This document shows positions 31,139 through 41,574 of a stretch of DNA of 64,000 bases, in pieces. How positions within the stretch are numbered: the first letter of the stretch is position 1; every line of letters begins with the position of its first letter. Location: NCBI GenBank assembly GCA_963743305.1, contig CAVUPH010000042.1:82018-146017 (forward strand), read 5' to 3'. This DNA comes from an uncultured delta proteobacterium. Lineage in GTDB: Bacteria; Desulfobacterota; RBG-13-43-22. The position numbers were made by a program, and so were the translations under genes. The notes below the pieces were generated by a model. That model had not been told where the DNA came from. It searched no databases and saw only the letters and a program-made list of their open reading frames with translations.

Positions 31139-31217
31139 AACATTTTTCCTTTCTGAGACTAATTTTTACAGTTCCTATCGGCATCCCTTTCAAACTCTTT
31201 AATGACACCTTTTCCGC

Positions 31218-31311
31218 AGCGGTCATCAAAGGCTGGGAGGCGGAGATCCCCATGGGGCGCCCGGGGAAACCGGAAGAGTTGGCGGACCTGGTGGTCTTTT
31301 TGGCCTCGGAG
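31218..31311 (+). repeat. 94-bp diverged duplicate of the SDR 3' region (30278..30371)
   Basis: About 10 mismatches, mostly synonymous. Confidence 0.85.
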
Positions 31312-31334
31312 GGGAGAATCCGCTCTAAATTGTT

Positions 31335-32294
31335 TTAGAAGATGGTCTTGGTCAAACGCTGCCATTCGTTATCCAGATTTTTCATGAAGCGTCTGAATTG
31401 AGTGGACCAGCCGAACTGACAGCCTCGGCAGAGGAAGCCGTCTTTTTTCCCCCAACCGGCGCCGTATAAATAATCGAGCACCTTTTGGGCCTGAGGACCG
31501 TTCCAAACTTCTATCAAGGATTTCTCCCGTACGTTGCCCAAAGAAGTTCTGCGACCCATATCTTCGCAGCACAGGACCACCTGGCCGTCGAAAGAAACGA
31601 CCATGTCTCTCAGGGGTTCACCCTTTTTGCAGCCTTTCAGCCAGGGACCGGGATATTTGAGCGAAAGGCCTTCGGTGGCGGGGACCAGATTGGCCCGGGA
31701 ATTGGGTATGCCTATGGCCACCGGCACCCCCTGAGTACGCCAATATTTCCTGACTTTATAGGCCTCTCCCCGGGGCCAATGAAAGGCATAGGCGCGGATA
31801 TTCACTTTAGCGTATTTGCGGGTTAGATATTGGATGTTGGCCAGGGTTTTTTCATAAGGCAGCCCCATAATATTTTCATAAACGGATTTGGTAATTCCGT
31901 GAAAGCTGATGTAGATCGGTCCGTCAAAACCGCTCTCCAGAAGACGATCGGTCTTTTCCGGGGTCAGCAGGGCGGCATTGGTTTGCAGGATCATGGTCAG
32001 CCCGGCCTTCCGGACATAAGACAGTTTTTCAAAGATCCGGGGATCGATCAGGGCTTCCCCCATATTGCAGAAAATGACGTGCCCGCGGACCGGATGATGG
32101 GCCTTAATGTCGGCAAACTCGTCGATCAGGCGGTGGAAAAGGCCATCCTCCATCCAGCCCATGGGTATTTGGTCTTTAACCCGGGGATAAGGACAGATGC
32201 GGCAACGGGCATTGCAATAGGAATGAATGTCGATGATTAGATTCTGGGGATAAGCGGTGCGCTCCGTCCTCCAATTAAGAAATGATTCGGGCAT
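31335..32294 (-). CDS. Radical SAM protein with SPASM/twitch domain
   Basis: CNARCRIC motif; C-terminal C...GQVVLCCED...GNV...CRGC. Confidence 0.88.
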   Translation of the reverse strand: MPESFLNWRTERTAYPQNLIIDIHSYCNARCRICPYPRVKDQIPMGWMEDGLFHRLIDEFADIKAHHPVRGHVIFCNMGEALIDPRIFEKLSYVRKAGLTMILQTNAALLTPEKTDRLLESGFDGPIYISFHGITKSVYENIMGLPYEKTLANIQYLTRKYAKVNIRAYAFHWPRGEAYKVRKYWRTQGVPVAIGIPNSRANLVPATEGLSLKYPGPWLKGCKKGEPLRDMVVSFDGQVVLCCEDMGRRTSLGNVREKSLIEVWNGPQAQKVLDYLYGAGWGKKDGFLCRGCQFGWSTQFRRFMKNLDNEWQRLTKTIF

Positions 32295-32422
32295 GATCAA
32301 TTTTTCTTTCCTGCCGCCGGCCGGCCGCCGTAGGGTGACCGCATTTTCTCCTGGAAGCAGGAAAGGCCGGCACCGCGGCCTTGGAAACAAGGCCCGCTGG
32401 AGATTAACGACTGTGAGGTTAG

Positions 32423-32468
32423 GTCCCTCCCGGTCCGCCATTCAAGGCACTAGCGGGCCGGGAGGGAC
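32423..32468 (-). terminator. Hairpin downstream of catalase
   Basis: GTCCCTCCCGG...CCGGGAGGGAC stem. Confidence 0.55.
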
Positions 32469-32477
32469 TGAGGGGGA

Positions 32478-33936
32478 TCAGCCGGCGTTCACGCCTTTGG
32501 CGATGCGGTCGCCGATCTCCTTGTCGATGTTGCGCCAGTATTCGAACGCACGCTGCAGCACGGGCTCGGACACGCCTTTCTTGAGGTGTCCGACGACGTT
32601 GGACACCAGCCGGTCGCGCTGCCCGTCGTCCATGACCTTACGCACCAAGGTGCCGGGCTGGCCGAAGTCGTCGTCGTCCTTGCGCAAGGTGTAGGCGGCG
32701 CGGATGAACTCGCCGCTGGCCTCCCAGATCGCTGCCTCGGGATAGCGCTTGACCGTCAGCCTGCGGGCCGCCCTTCGAGTTCGGTGCGTACACGGGGTCG
32801 GACACGTTCTGGACCCGCATCGCCCCGTCCTTGCTGTAGCTGTGCACCGGCGCCTTTGGCCGGTTGACCGGGATCTGCTTGTAGTTGACCCCCAGGCGGT
32901 GCACGATGGGCGTCGGCGTAGGCGAAGAGGCGGGCGAGCAACATCTTGTCCGGGCTGACACCGATCCCCGGCACGAGGTTGTTCGGTTCGAACGCCGCCT
33001 GCTCGATCTCGGTGTGGAAGTCGGTCGGGTTGCGGTCCAGCGTCAGCCGGCCGACCTCGTGCAGCGGGTAGTCGCCGTGCGGCCAGACCTTGGTCAGGTC
33101 GAAGGGGTTGAACCGGTAGGTCTCGGCTTCCTCGAAGGGCATGATCTGCACCTTCAGCGTCCAGCTGGGGTAATCACCCCGCTTGATCGCCTCGAACAGG
33201 TCGCGCCGATGGTAGTCGGCGTCAACACCGGCGATCCGGTCGGCCTCCTCCTGGGTGAGGAAGTCGATGCCCTGGTCGGTCTTGAAGTGGTACTTCACCC
33301 AGAAGCGCTCGCCCTTGGCATTGACCCACATGTAGGTGTGGCTCGAGTAGCCGTTCATGTGCCGCCAGGTCTTCGGGATCCCGCGGTCACCCATCAGCCA
33401 CGGTGACCTGGTGGGCCGACTCGGGCGACAGGGTCCAGAAGTCCCACTGCATGTCGTTATCGCGCAGGCCGTTGTCCGCACGGCGCTTCTGGGAGCGGAT
33501 GAAGTGCTGGAACTTCATGGGGTCACGTACGAAGAACACCGGCGTGTTGTTCCCCACCATGTCGTAGTTGCCTTCGCTGGTGTAGAACTTCAAGCGCGAA
33601 GCCACGCGGGTCACGCCAGGTGTCGGGGCTGCCGCGCTCTCCGGCCACCGTGGAGAACCGGATCAACGTGTCCGTCTTCGTGCCCGGCTGGAACACCGCA
33701 GCCTTGGTGTAGGCGCTGACATCCTTGGTCACCTCGAAGTGACCGAAGGCCCCGGAACCCTTGGCGTGGGGCTGGCGCTCCGGAATCCGCTCCCGGTTGA
33801 AGTTGGCCATCTGCTCGATGAGGTAGTGGTCCTGCAGCAGGATGGGTCCATCGGGCCCCACGGTGAGCGAGTACTCGTCGCTGGATACGGGGATCCCGGC
33901 ATCGGTTGTCGTGGGTTTGCGGTCGTCATTTTTCAT
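32478..33936 (-). CDS. katA: Monofunctional heme catalase with 4 apparent +1 frameshifts (~33590, ~33402, ~32902, ~32752)
   Basis: [51 protein letters not shown]. Confidence 0.88.
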
Positions 33937-34232
33937 GGGTAGATCTCCTTTCTGTGGTGGTGGACGACAAGGATCACGCCGGCCATTCCAGTCAGCAAAA
34001 GTCGACTCGGAATTCGACCGAGCGGTTGCCTTAAAGGGATTGAATTCAGGTACCTCAATTATACACAATTTTGAGAATAAGAAATAGAGGGATTTTGGCC
34101 CCCTTTGGGAGATGAGTAGGTGAAGGGAGGACAGGATTTTCGTCTGAATTCTTCCGGGTTGACCGAAATATCACCAACATGACTTCGGTACTCCTGAACC
34201 TGGAAACCCCGGACCGGCGAACGGGAAACCGC

Positions 34233-35495
34233 CTAAGACTCCGCCGCCTCCAGGTCCACGGTCCCGAACTGATTGGCCCAGGTCACCGAAGCCTGGAAGG
34301 CCTCCTTGACGGGACCTTCCTCCAAGCCCAGTTGCCGGACCAGGGCGGCGGCCTCCGCCCAGCGTCCGTCCTCCAGCATCTCCGCCAGCAGGAGGAGCGG
34401 AAGGTATTCATTATTGGCCTCCCGCTTGAGGGCCGACTTCAACTTGTCTTCGAGGGGCAGGTACTGGAGGGTCTCCGCCATGGGCAGCCCCAGCATGGCG
34501 TCGAGGAGCGAGAAGAGCCCGAGTAATTGGAGACTGTCCGGATCAAAACCCCAATAGTCAAAGGCCATTCCAAGGCGTTCCAGAAACCGCCCCCGCTGGG
34601 CGGAGAGGTAGACCAACTCCGGTGAATTCAGGCCGTGGGCCAGGTCATTGATCAAGGCCACGCGCAGCCAGTTCCGGGTTTTCTGCCAGCCCAAAAGGGT
34701 GATCGCCTGCCGGATCGATTTAATCTTTTGCCGAAAACCGAAGGCGGCCGAATTGAGCAGGGCCAACAGCCGGAAGCTGATCGAGGCGTCGGACTGGATG
34801 ACCTCGGCCACTTTGAGGAAGTCGGGGTCTTTCTGCTCGATGAGTTGAAAGAGGCGCAGCCGGGCGATCTCGTTCGAGCTGATCCGCCGGACGGGAACAT
34901 CCTCCGGCGACTTGAAGTAGCTCCCCTGAAACAGATCGAAACCGAGGGTGGCGCAGGCGCCCAGACAAGCTCGGTCCGCCACTCCGCTGGCCAACAATTT
35001 TACCGGAAAGTTCCGGCCGGCCTTGACCAGCCGGGTCAGGCCGGCCGGCTCCAGTGAGACCGCAATGTCCAAAACATCGCCCATTCGATACAGCGGCTCC
35101 AATTCGGCGGCGCCCGAAAATTCCCCCACCATCAACAGGTATCCCTCGGTTTTGAGTTGCGTCAGGGTTTCCATCAGGTCCGGATGGACGGCGATCCGCT
35201 CCGGGACTTTCAAGGCCGCGAGTGAGGGTTGAAGCGTATAAGGGAGATTCGAAAGCAACGTCCGATCATTGATCCCGACCACGATCCGTTTTCCCCTTTC
35301 CGAGACCTGTTGCAAGCCCACATAGGAGCCGGAGGCCATGGAGGAAAGCGACGGCTCCCCGGCCGGCGGAGAGGGGCTCAAGCCGCCCCGATTGGAAACA
35401 CAAAAAATTTCATAGCCCCAGAGGGCCTGTCGGGCATCAAAAATCGGGTGCCGGGCCAGTGCCCAGTCACCGGAGGGAAAATCGTTTTGATCCAT
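34233..35495 (-). CDS. HDOD-domain protein with degenerate EAL-like N-terminus
   Basis: ARHPIFD...GYE, FQGSYF, LLALLNSAAFG...SIRQAITLLG, GLFSLLDA. Confidence 0.85.
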   Translation of the reverse strand: MDQNDFPSGDWALARHPIFDARQALWGYEIFCVSNRGGLSPSPPAGEPSLSSMASGSYVGLQQVSERGKRIVVGINDRTLLSNLPYTLQPSLAALKVPERIAVHPDLMETLTQLKTEGYLLMVGEFSGAAELEPLYRMGDVLDIAVSLEPAGLTRLVKAGRNFPVKLLASGVADRACLGACATLGFDLFQGSYFKSPEDVPVRRISSNEIARLRLFQLIEQKDPDFLKVAEVIQSDASISFRLLALLNSAAFGFRQKIKSIRQAITLLGWQKTRNWLRVALINDLAHGLNSPELVYLSAQRGRFLERLGMAFDYWGFDPDSLQLLGLFSLLDAMLGLPMAETLQYLPLEDKLKSALKREANNEYLPLLLLAEMLEDGRWAEAAALVRQLGLEEGPVKEAFQASVTWANQFGTVDLEAAES

Positions 35496-35570
35496 ATTCC
35501 TATTCCTTAAAGGCCTATCAAAAAAATTTTTATATTAGATTCTTACATCCATTGCTCTGAGAATTTGTCT

Positions 35571-38030
35571 CTAACAATGGATGTAAGAATCTAATTCCAG
35601 GGGGGTCACGTTCCAAATTTCGTCGGCGTATTCCAGGATGGAGCGGTCGCTGGAGAAGAAGCCGGTCCGGGCCGTATTCAGGATCGAACGGCGGGCCCAT
35701 TCCTCGTGGTCGGCATACACCGCTCCCACCCTTTCCTGGGCTTCCAGGTAAGCGCGGAAGTCGGCCAGGACCAGAAAATAGTCTCCCTGGTCCAGGAGGG
35801 CCTGCACCAAGGGCTGGAACAGCCGGGGCTCTTCGGGTGAGAAAAAACCCTCCCGGATAAGATCCAGCGTTCCCCGCAGTTCCGGGTCCGCCTCGTACAG
35901 CGCCCGGGGAGCATAGCCTCCGGAACGGAGGAGGACGACTTCTTCGGCGTTCAATCCGAAAATAAAAATGTTGTCTCGTCCGACTTCCTCCATGATCTCG
36001 ATGTTGGCGCCGTCCAGTGTGCCGATGGTTAAGGCCCCGTTGAGCGCAAACTTCATGTTGCCCGTCCCGGAAGCCTCCATACCGGCCGTGGAAATTTGTT
36101 CGGAGAGATCGGCCGCCGGGATCACCTTCTCCGCCTGGGAGATGCAGTAGTTCGGCAGGAAGATGACCCGCAGCCGCCCCCGGATATCCGGATCGTTGTT
36201 GACCACCCCGGCCACGGCGTTGACCAGCTTAATGGAGAGTTTGGCCTGGGTGTAGGCGGGCGCGGCTTTGCCGCCGATAAAGACGGTCCGGGCGGGGGCG
36301 ACATAATCGGGATTTGATTTGATCCGCCGATAGAGCGCTACGGTGTGGAGGATATTGAGGAGCTGTCGTTTGTATTCGTGAATCCGTTTGACCTGCACAT
36401 CGAAGAGGGTATCCGGATTCACCCCCAGGCCCATTTTGCGGAGCACGTACCGGGCCAGGCGCTTCTTATTCTCCCGTTTGGTCTCCTTCCAGGATTTTCG
36501 GAATTCAAGATCTTCCGCCAGGGGTTCGAGCCGGCGCAACCGCTGCAGGTCATTCACCCATTCCGGACCGATGGCCGAGGTGATCAGCTTGGACAGGGCC
36601 GGATTGGCCTGAACCAGCCAACGCCGGGGCGTGACCCCGTTGGTCACGTTGCGGAACCGGCCCGGGAAGATCCGGTCGAAGTCTCGAAAGAGCTGCTCCC
36701 GGAGGATCCGGGAATGCAGCTTGGCCACGCCGTTGACGGCGTGTCCCCCGACCACGGCCAGATGGGCCATGCGGATTCGCCGCACCGGCCCTTCCTGGAT
36801 CAGCGAGACCCGGGCCGGCAACTCGTGGTCCCGGGGATAATCGTTTCGGACCTCTTCCAGAAAGCGCTCGTTGATTTCGTAGATGATCTCCAGGTGGCGG
36901 GGCAGCAGCCGCCCCAGGACCTCCACCGGCCAGGTCTCCAGAGCTTCGGGTAAGACCGTATGGTTGGTGTAGGCAAAAGTGCGGCGGGAAATGGACCAGG
37001 CGTCATCCCAGCCCAGCCCCTCTTCGTCCAGCAGTTGCCGCATCAATTCGGGGATGGCGATGGTGGGATGGGTATCGTTCAATTGAATGGCCACGGCCTC
37101 CGGAAAGCCGGTCCATTCCCGGTGCTGTTTCTTGAACTTGCGGAGAATGTCCTGAAGCGTGGCCGAGACGAAAAAATACTGCTGTTTCAGCCGCAGCTCG
37201 CGTCCCTGGGCCATTTCGTCGCTGGGATAGAGGACTTTGGAGATGTTCTCACTCAATACCTTGGCTTCGACGGCGCCCACATAGTCGCCCTGGTTAAACT
37301 CCTGGAGGTTGAATTCCCGGCTTGATTTCGCCACCCAGAGGCGCATGTTGGTGACGTACTCCCCCCCGTAGCCCGGCACCAGGAAGTCGGAGGCCATGGC
37401 CAGTACCGACTCGGTCTCCACCCAGCGCCGGCGAGCCCGGCCTTGGGCATCGCGGTAAGACTCCGAGCGTCCGTAATAGTGAACGGGATACAGCACCTCC
37501 GGCCGCTGGATTTCCCAAGGGGTCCCTTCCCGCATCCAATTGTCGGATTGCTCCTGCTGGTAGCCGTTGACGATATGCTGGAAGAAAATCCCGTAATCGT
37601 ACCGGATTCCGTAGCCGTAGGCCGGGAGCTGCAAGGTGGCCATGGAATCCAGAAAACAGGAGGCCAGTCTACCCAGGCCGCCGTTTCCCAGACCGGCGTC
37701 CCATTCCTCCTCCTCGATGTCTTCCAAATCATAACCCAGACTGTGCAGGGCCTCCTGGGCCTCTTCTTCCATTTGGAGACTGGTGAGGTAGTTGCGCAGG
37801 AACCGGCCGGGGAGGAACTCCAAGGACAGGTAGTACACCCGCTTGGCCAGCAGCTCGTAGCAGGCCCGCTGGGTCCTTAGCCAGCGCTCGACCAGGCGGT
37901 CCCGGACGGCGGAGCAGAGCCCGAGGAAAATCTGACGGCGGTCCGCCAGATCCGGATCATTGCCCTGGGTGAACTGGATATGCTTTTGAATATCTATCCG
38001 GATCCGGTTTTGGGCCAGCGAATCGCTCAT
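35571..38030 (-). CDS. glgP: Glycogen/starch phosphorylase (long type)
   Basis: LGNGGLGRLA, QLNDTHP, KRIHEYKRQ, EASGTGNMK. Confidence 0.96.
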   Translation of the reverse strand: MSDSLAQNRIRIDIQKHIQFTQGNDPDLADRRQIFLGLCSAVRDRLVERWLRTQRACYELLAKRVYYLSLEFLPGRFLRNYLTSLQMEEEAQEALHSLGYDLEDIEEEEWDAGLGNGGLGRLASCFLDSMATLQLPAYGYGIRYDYGIFFQHIVNGYQQEQSDNWMREGTPWEIQRPEVLYPVHYYGRSESYRDAQGRARRRWVETESVLAMASDFLVPGYGGEYVTNMRLWVAKSSREFNLQEFNQGDYVGAVEAKVLSENISKVLYPSDEMAQGRELRLKQQYFFVSATLQDILRKFKKQHREWTGFPEAVAIQLNDTHPTIAIPELMRQLLDEEGLGWDDAWSISRRTFAYTNHTVLPEALETWPVEVLGRLLPRHLEIIYEINERFLEEVRNDYPRDHELPARVSLIQEGPVRRIRMAHLAVVGGHAVNGVAKLHSRILREQLFRDFDRIFPGRFRNVTNGVTPRRWLVQANPALSKLITSAIGPEWVNDLQRLRRLEPLAEDLEFRKSWKETKRENKKRLARYVLRKMGLGVNPDTLFDVQVKRIHEYKRQLLNILHTVALYRRIKSNPDYVAPARTVFIGGKAAPAYTQAKLSIKLVNAVAGVVNNDPDIRGRLRVIFLPNYCISQAEKVIPAADLSEQISTAGMEASGTGNMKFALNGALTIGTLDGANIEIMEEVGRDNIFIFGLNAEEVVLLRSGGYAPRALYEADPELRGTLDLIREGFFSPEEPRLFQPLVQALLDQGDYFLVLADFRAYLEAQERVGAVYADHEEWARRSILNTARTGFFSSDRSILEYADEIWNVTPLELDSYIHC

Positions 38031-38165
38031 GGGGGTCCCTCCATTTTCATTAGCGGCCTCGGATGGTTAAAGAGATGGATAAATATAACAGATTCGTATA
38101 AGAATAAGAACAGCTATATTAAACTCAGATTTGGTCCCAGCGAGGCAACGCGCGAAAGGTGTCCG

Positions 38166-38324
38166 ATGAAATTCTGTTCATTCCGGTGCCCCCAGGCCGA
38201 TAACGAAAAAGCCCAGCACGCCGGCTGTCTGGCGGTGAACGGTGTTTTTTGCAGGGTACTGCGGCGGGTGGTTGAAAAGGGGTCGCTCTGCCCGGCCGAA
38301 GGCCGTCGGGCTGCTAAGAAATAG
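38166..38324 (+). CDS. Small Cys-rich protein (52 aa)
   Basis: GAAAGGT RBS; MKFCSFRC...GC...FC...LC. Confidence 0.55.
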   Translation: MKFCSFRCPQADNEKAQHAGCLAVNGVFCRVLRRVVEKGSLCPAEGRRAAKK

Positions 38325-38407
38325 AAAAAAGAGAGATGAATTTCTTACGGTTGAAAACCATCAGGGATGACCCAGCCAAAGAAATTCGGTTTCAATCATT
38401 CCCGAAC

Positions 38408-39334
38408 TTATCCGAAACAGCGACTGTAGCGTTCGTTGAATTCTTCGGGACTGAACCGGTAATCTTGAGTGCCGTAGCACTCGACCGCGAAGGAAGCGCA
38501 GACGCTGCCCCAGCGGGCGGATTGCTCGAGGTCTCGGCCTTGAACCAGGCCGCTGATCAACCCGCCCCGATAGGAATCGCCGGCGCCGGTGGGGTCCTCC
38601 ACCTTCCGGGGAGGAACCGCCGGGATATGCAGGCTGCCTTCCCCGGTGGCGATTCTTGAACCGTGCTCTCCCAAGGTGGTAATAATAACCCGGGCTTTTT
38701 TCAGCAGCGCGTCCTGGTCCAACCCCGTCTTGGCCATGATCAAATCCAGTTCATAGTCATTGGAAATCAGCATTCGGCAACCGTCTAGGGCCTGGACCAA
38801 CGCCTCGGCCTCCAACATCGGCAAGGATTGCCCGGGATCAAAGATGTAGTCGATCCCCAAGGCCTGGCAGCGGCTCGGATAATGCATCATGTCCTCTAAA
38901 TTGCCGGGAGAGATGATCATCATCGTCTTTTCCGCTTTGAATCGTTCGAAATCGAGCGCGGAAGAATATTTCATGGCCCCGGGATTGAACCCGGTAATCT
39001 GGTTGTCGGCCCGGTCGGTGGTGATGTAGGCGCCGGCCGTGAATTCCTCCTCGATGATTTTGGTGTATTCGGTGGAAAGTCCGATTTTCCCCAGCCATTC
39101 AAAGTAGCGGTTAAAATCATGGCCGATGGCCGCGGAGATGATGGGCTTTTCGCCCATCAGGGTGAGGGCATAGGCAATATTCCCGGCCGTGCCGCCGAAT
39201 TTTTCCTTCAGTCCGTTCACCTGGAAGCAGACGTTCAAAATATGAATTTTTTCGGGAAGGATATGCTCCGCAAAGTATCCCGGAAAATCCATAATCCTGT
39301 CGTAAGCCAGTGACCCGGCAACAATAATATTCAT
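38408..39334 (-). CDS. PfkB-family kinase (adenosine/nucleoside kinase-like)
   Basis: GSLAYD, FGGTAGN, DPTGAGD. Confidence 0.9.
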   Translation of the reverse strand: MNIIVAGSLAYDRIMDFPGYFAEHILPEKIHILNVCFQVNGLKEKFGGTAGNIAYALTLMGEKPIISAAIGHDFNRYFEWLGKIGLSTEYTKIIEEEFTAGAYITTDRADNQITGFNPGAMKYSSALDFERFKAEKTMMIISPGNLEDMMHYPSRCQALGIDYIFDPGQSLPMLEAEALVQALDGCRMLISNDYELDLIMAKTGLDQDALLKKARVIITTLGEHGSRIATGEGSLHIPAVPPRKVEDPTGAGDSYRGGLISGLVQGRDLEQSARWGSVCASFAVECYGTQDYRFSPEEFNERYSRCFG

Positions 39335-39565
39335 TTCCCCGATCCTCTCCAATGATAATCTTGAAAGGGGAGGCTAAAGCCTGCCCCTACCCCGGCAAGG
39401 GTCTTTCAAGGGGTTAAATTCTTATAATAAATCAGGTTTAAATGTCAAGCAGGAAAAAGGGGCAGCCCGTAGTCGTAAGGGGGAACTCCCCTGAATCCAC
39501 CACTTGAAGAAAGCCTTTTCTCATGGTACAAAAGATAAACGACCGCACCGAAATGGAGGTCTGGC

Positions 39566-41302
39566 ATGGATAGCCTTCAGAACTTTGAGGATAAGCGCCC
39601 CGCCCGAATTCTTTGGTTGATTTTCGTCATCCTGGCCGCCGGCATCGTCCTGGCCGGCATCCTCAATTATCAGAGCAAGGAAAAACATTTCAAAATGGAG
39701 ATGGAACATAAACTGGCCGCCATCGCGGACCTGAAAGCCGGCGAGATCGTACGCTGGAAAACCGAGCGTTTAAGGGATGCCGAGGTCTTTTTTCGTAATC
39801 CTTTCTTTGCCCTCTTGGTGCGGGATTTCTTCGTCCGTCCCCGGGATTCGAAGCTGAAGAAAAACCTCCGGACTTGGGTGGACCTGATCCAGGAAGGGTA
39901 TGATTATGACCGGGTACAATTGCTCGATTCCCAAGGCGTTGTGCGGTTGTCGGCTCCCGAAATCGATGAGCCGCTCTCCCCGGCGATAACCCGGAAGGTC
40001 GCGGAAACACTGCAATCCGGGCAAATCACCTTCGTGGATTTTTACCGGCAGGAGCACTCCCGGAAAACCTCTTTGGCCTTGCTCGTCCCGATTCCGGATG
40101 ATCGGGGCGGAGGCCGGCCTCTAGGGGTGCTTTTCCTGAGGATCGACCCGGAGGTCTATCTCTATCCCTTCCTGCAACGCTGGCCGGAGCCCAGTGAGAC
40201 CGCCGAAACACTGCTTATCCGTCGGGAAGGAAAGGACGCCTTATATCTGAATGAACTCAAGTTTCGCAAAAATACCGCCCTGACGCTCCGCATCCCCTTG
40301 AGTAGTCAGGATGTTCCCGCTGTGAAAGCGGTCTTGGGTGGGAAAGGGATAGTGGAGGGGCGTGATTACCGGGACGTCCCGGTGTTGGCCGCGGTGCGCG
40401 CGATTCCCGGGTCACCCTGGTTTCTGGTAGCCCGAATGGATGTGGCGGAAGTATACGGACCCATGCGGGAAACCCTGTGGCTGATCATACTGATCGTAGG
40501 CGCCCTGCTCGCCGGCGCGGGGGCCGGGGTGGCCCTGATCTGGCGGCAGCAGCGCTATCGCTATTACCGGGAGCGGGCCGGCGCGGCGGAGGCTTTGCGT
40601 AGGGCCAATGATGAACTGGAAGGAAGGGTCCAGGAGAGGACAGCGGAAGTTCGTTTCCTGTCCTCGCGCCTCCTGTCGACCCAGGAAGAGGAAAGAAGGA
40701 GGATCGCCATCGATCTTCATGACGGGATCGGGGGCTTGTTAAGCGCCATCAAGTACCAGGTCGAGGCCGCCCAAAAGGGCAAAGACCTGGGGGAGACGGT
40801 CTCCCTCCTGCAGATGGCCATTGAGGAGTGCCGGAGAATCCAGATGGCCCTCAGGCCTTCCCTGCTGGACGACCTCGGCCTGCTGGCCACCTTTAACTGG
40901 CTGATCCGGGAATTCCAGAAAAGGACTCCCGGCCTGATGGTGGAAACGCAATTTGAAGTCGAAGAGCAGGCGATTCCAGCGGCCCTGAAGACGGTGATTT
41001 TCCGGATTACCCAGGAGGCCCTAAACAATACCACCAAGCACAGCGGAGCGGATCGGATGCTGCTTTCCCTGCGGAAGACCGGAGGGGCACTGGTGCTGGT
41101 CATTCAGGACAATGGTCGGGGGTTCGAGATCGAAAAGGCCCTGACCAGAGAGAGCACCGATCGCGGGCTCGGGCTGGCCAGCATGCGGGAGCGGACCGAG
41201 TTGTCGGGCGGGACCTTCTCCCTCGAATCCTCGCCCGGTCAAGGGACGGTCGTGCAGGCTACCTGGCCGGAAAGGGCGGGTGCAAGAGAGGAAATGGACT
41301 AA
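39566..41302 (+). CDS. Membrane sensor histidine kinase (periplasmic Cache-like domain, HisKA_3)
   Basis: Two TM helices; ERRRIAIDLHD, QEALNN..KHS, DNGRGF. Confidence 0.9.
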   Translation: MDSLQNFEDKRPARILWLIFVILAAGIVLAGILNYQSKEKHFKMEMEHKLAAIADLKAGEIVRWKTERLRDAEVFFRNPFFALLVRDFFVRPRDSKLKKNLRTWVDLIQEGYDYDRVQLLDSQGVVRLSAPEIDEPLSPAITRKVAETLQSGQITFVDFYRQEHSRKTSLALLVPIPDDRGGGRPLGVLFLRIDPEVYLYPFLQRWPEPSETAETLLIRREGKDALYLNELKFRKNTALTLRIPLSSQDVPAVKAVLGGKGIVEGRDYRDVPVLAAVRAIPGSPWFLVARMDVAEVYGPMRETLWLIILIVGALLAGAGAGVALIWRQQRYRYYRERAGAAEALRRANDELEGRVQERTAEVRFLSSRLLSTQEEERRRIAIDLHDGIGGLLSAIKYQVEAAQKGKDLGETVSLLQMAIEECRRIQMALRPSLLDDLGLLATFNWLIREFQKRTPGLMVETQFEVEEQAIPAALKTVIFRITQEALNNTTKHSGADRMLLSLRKTGGALVLVIQDNGRGFEIEKALTRESTDRGLGLASMRERTELSGGTFSLESSPGQGTVVQATWPERAGAREEMD

Positions 41303-41365
41303 GCAGATGATTTCAATAATCGATTGATTATTGGACAGGTAGCAGGTCAAAGAGGCTATTTTCCT

Positions 41366-41524
41366 AATAAACCCCCAGGCCCCGGGCGGGCACCCCGAAG
41401 CATGAAAATCCCCCCCGCCCCCCTTTGCCAAAGGGGGGAGTTAAAGTCCCCCTTTAGCAAAGGGGGATTTAGGGGGATTTCAAAAGGGCTGGAATAACCA
41501 CCGAATCTTCTATTTTCGTATTAA
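41366..41524. repeat. Repeat family B copy 3 (inverted)
   Basis: AAAGGGGGATTTAGGGGGATTT core and matching flanks. Confidence 0.7.
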
Positions 41525-41574
41525 CTTAAATCTACCCGGGCGGGATGCGATTAAGGATAACCAGGGAATGAGCA

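Noticed and set aside
30278-31311. Diversity-generating retroelement TR/VR pair
   Set aside because: Mismatches are not confined to adenines, are mostly synonymous, and no reverse transcriptase is present
31335-32294. RiPP cluster around the radical SAM/SPASM gene
   Set aside because: No convincing precursor peptide, protease or dedicated exporter adjacent
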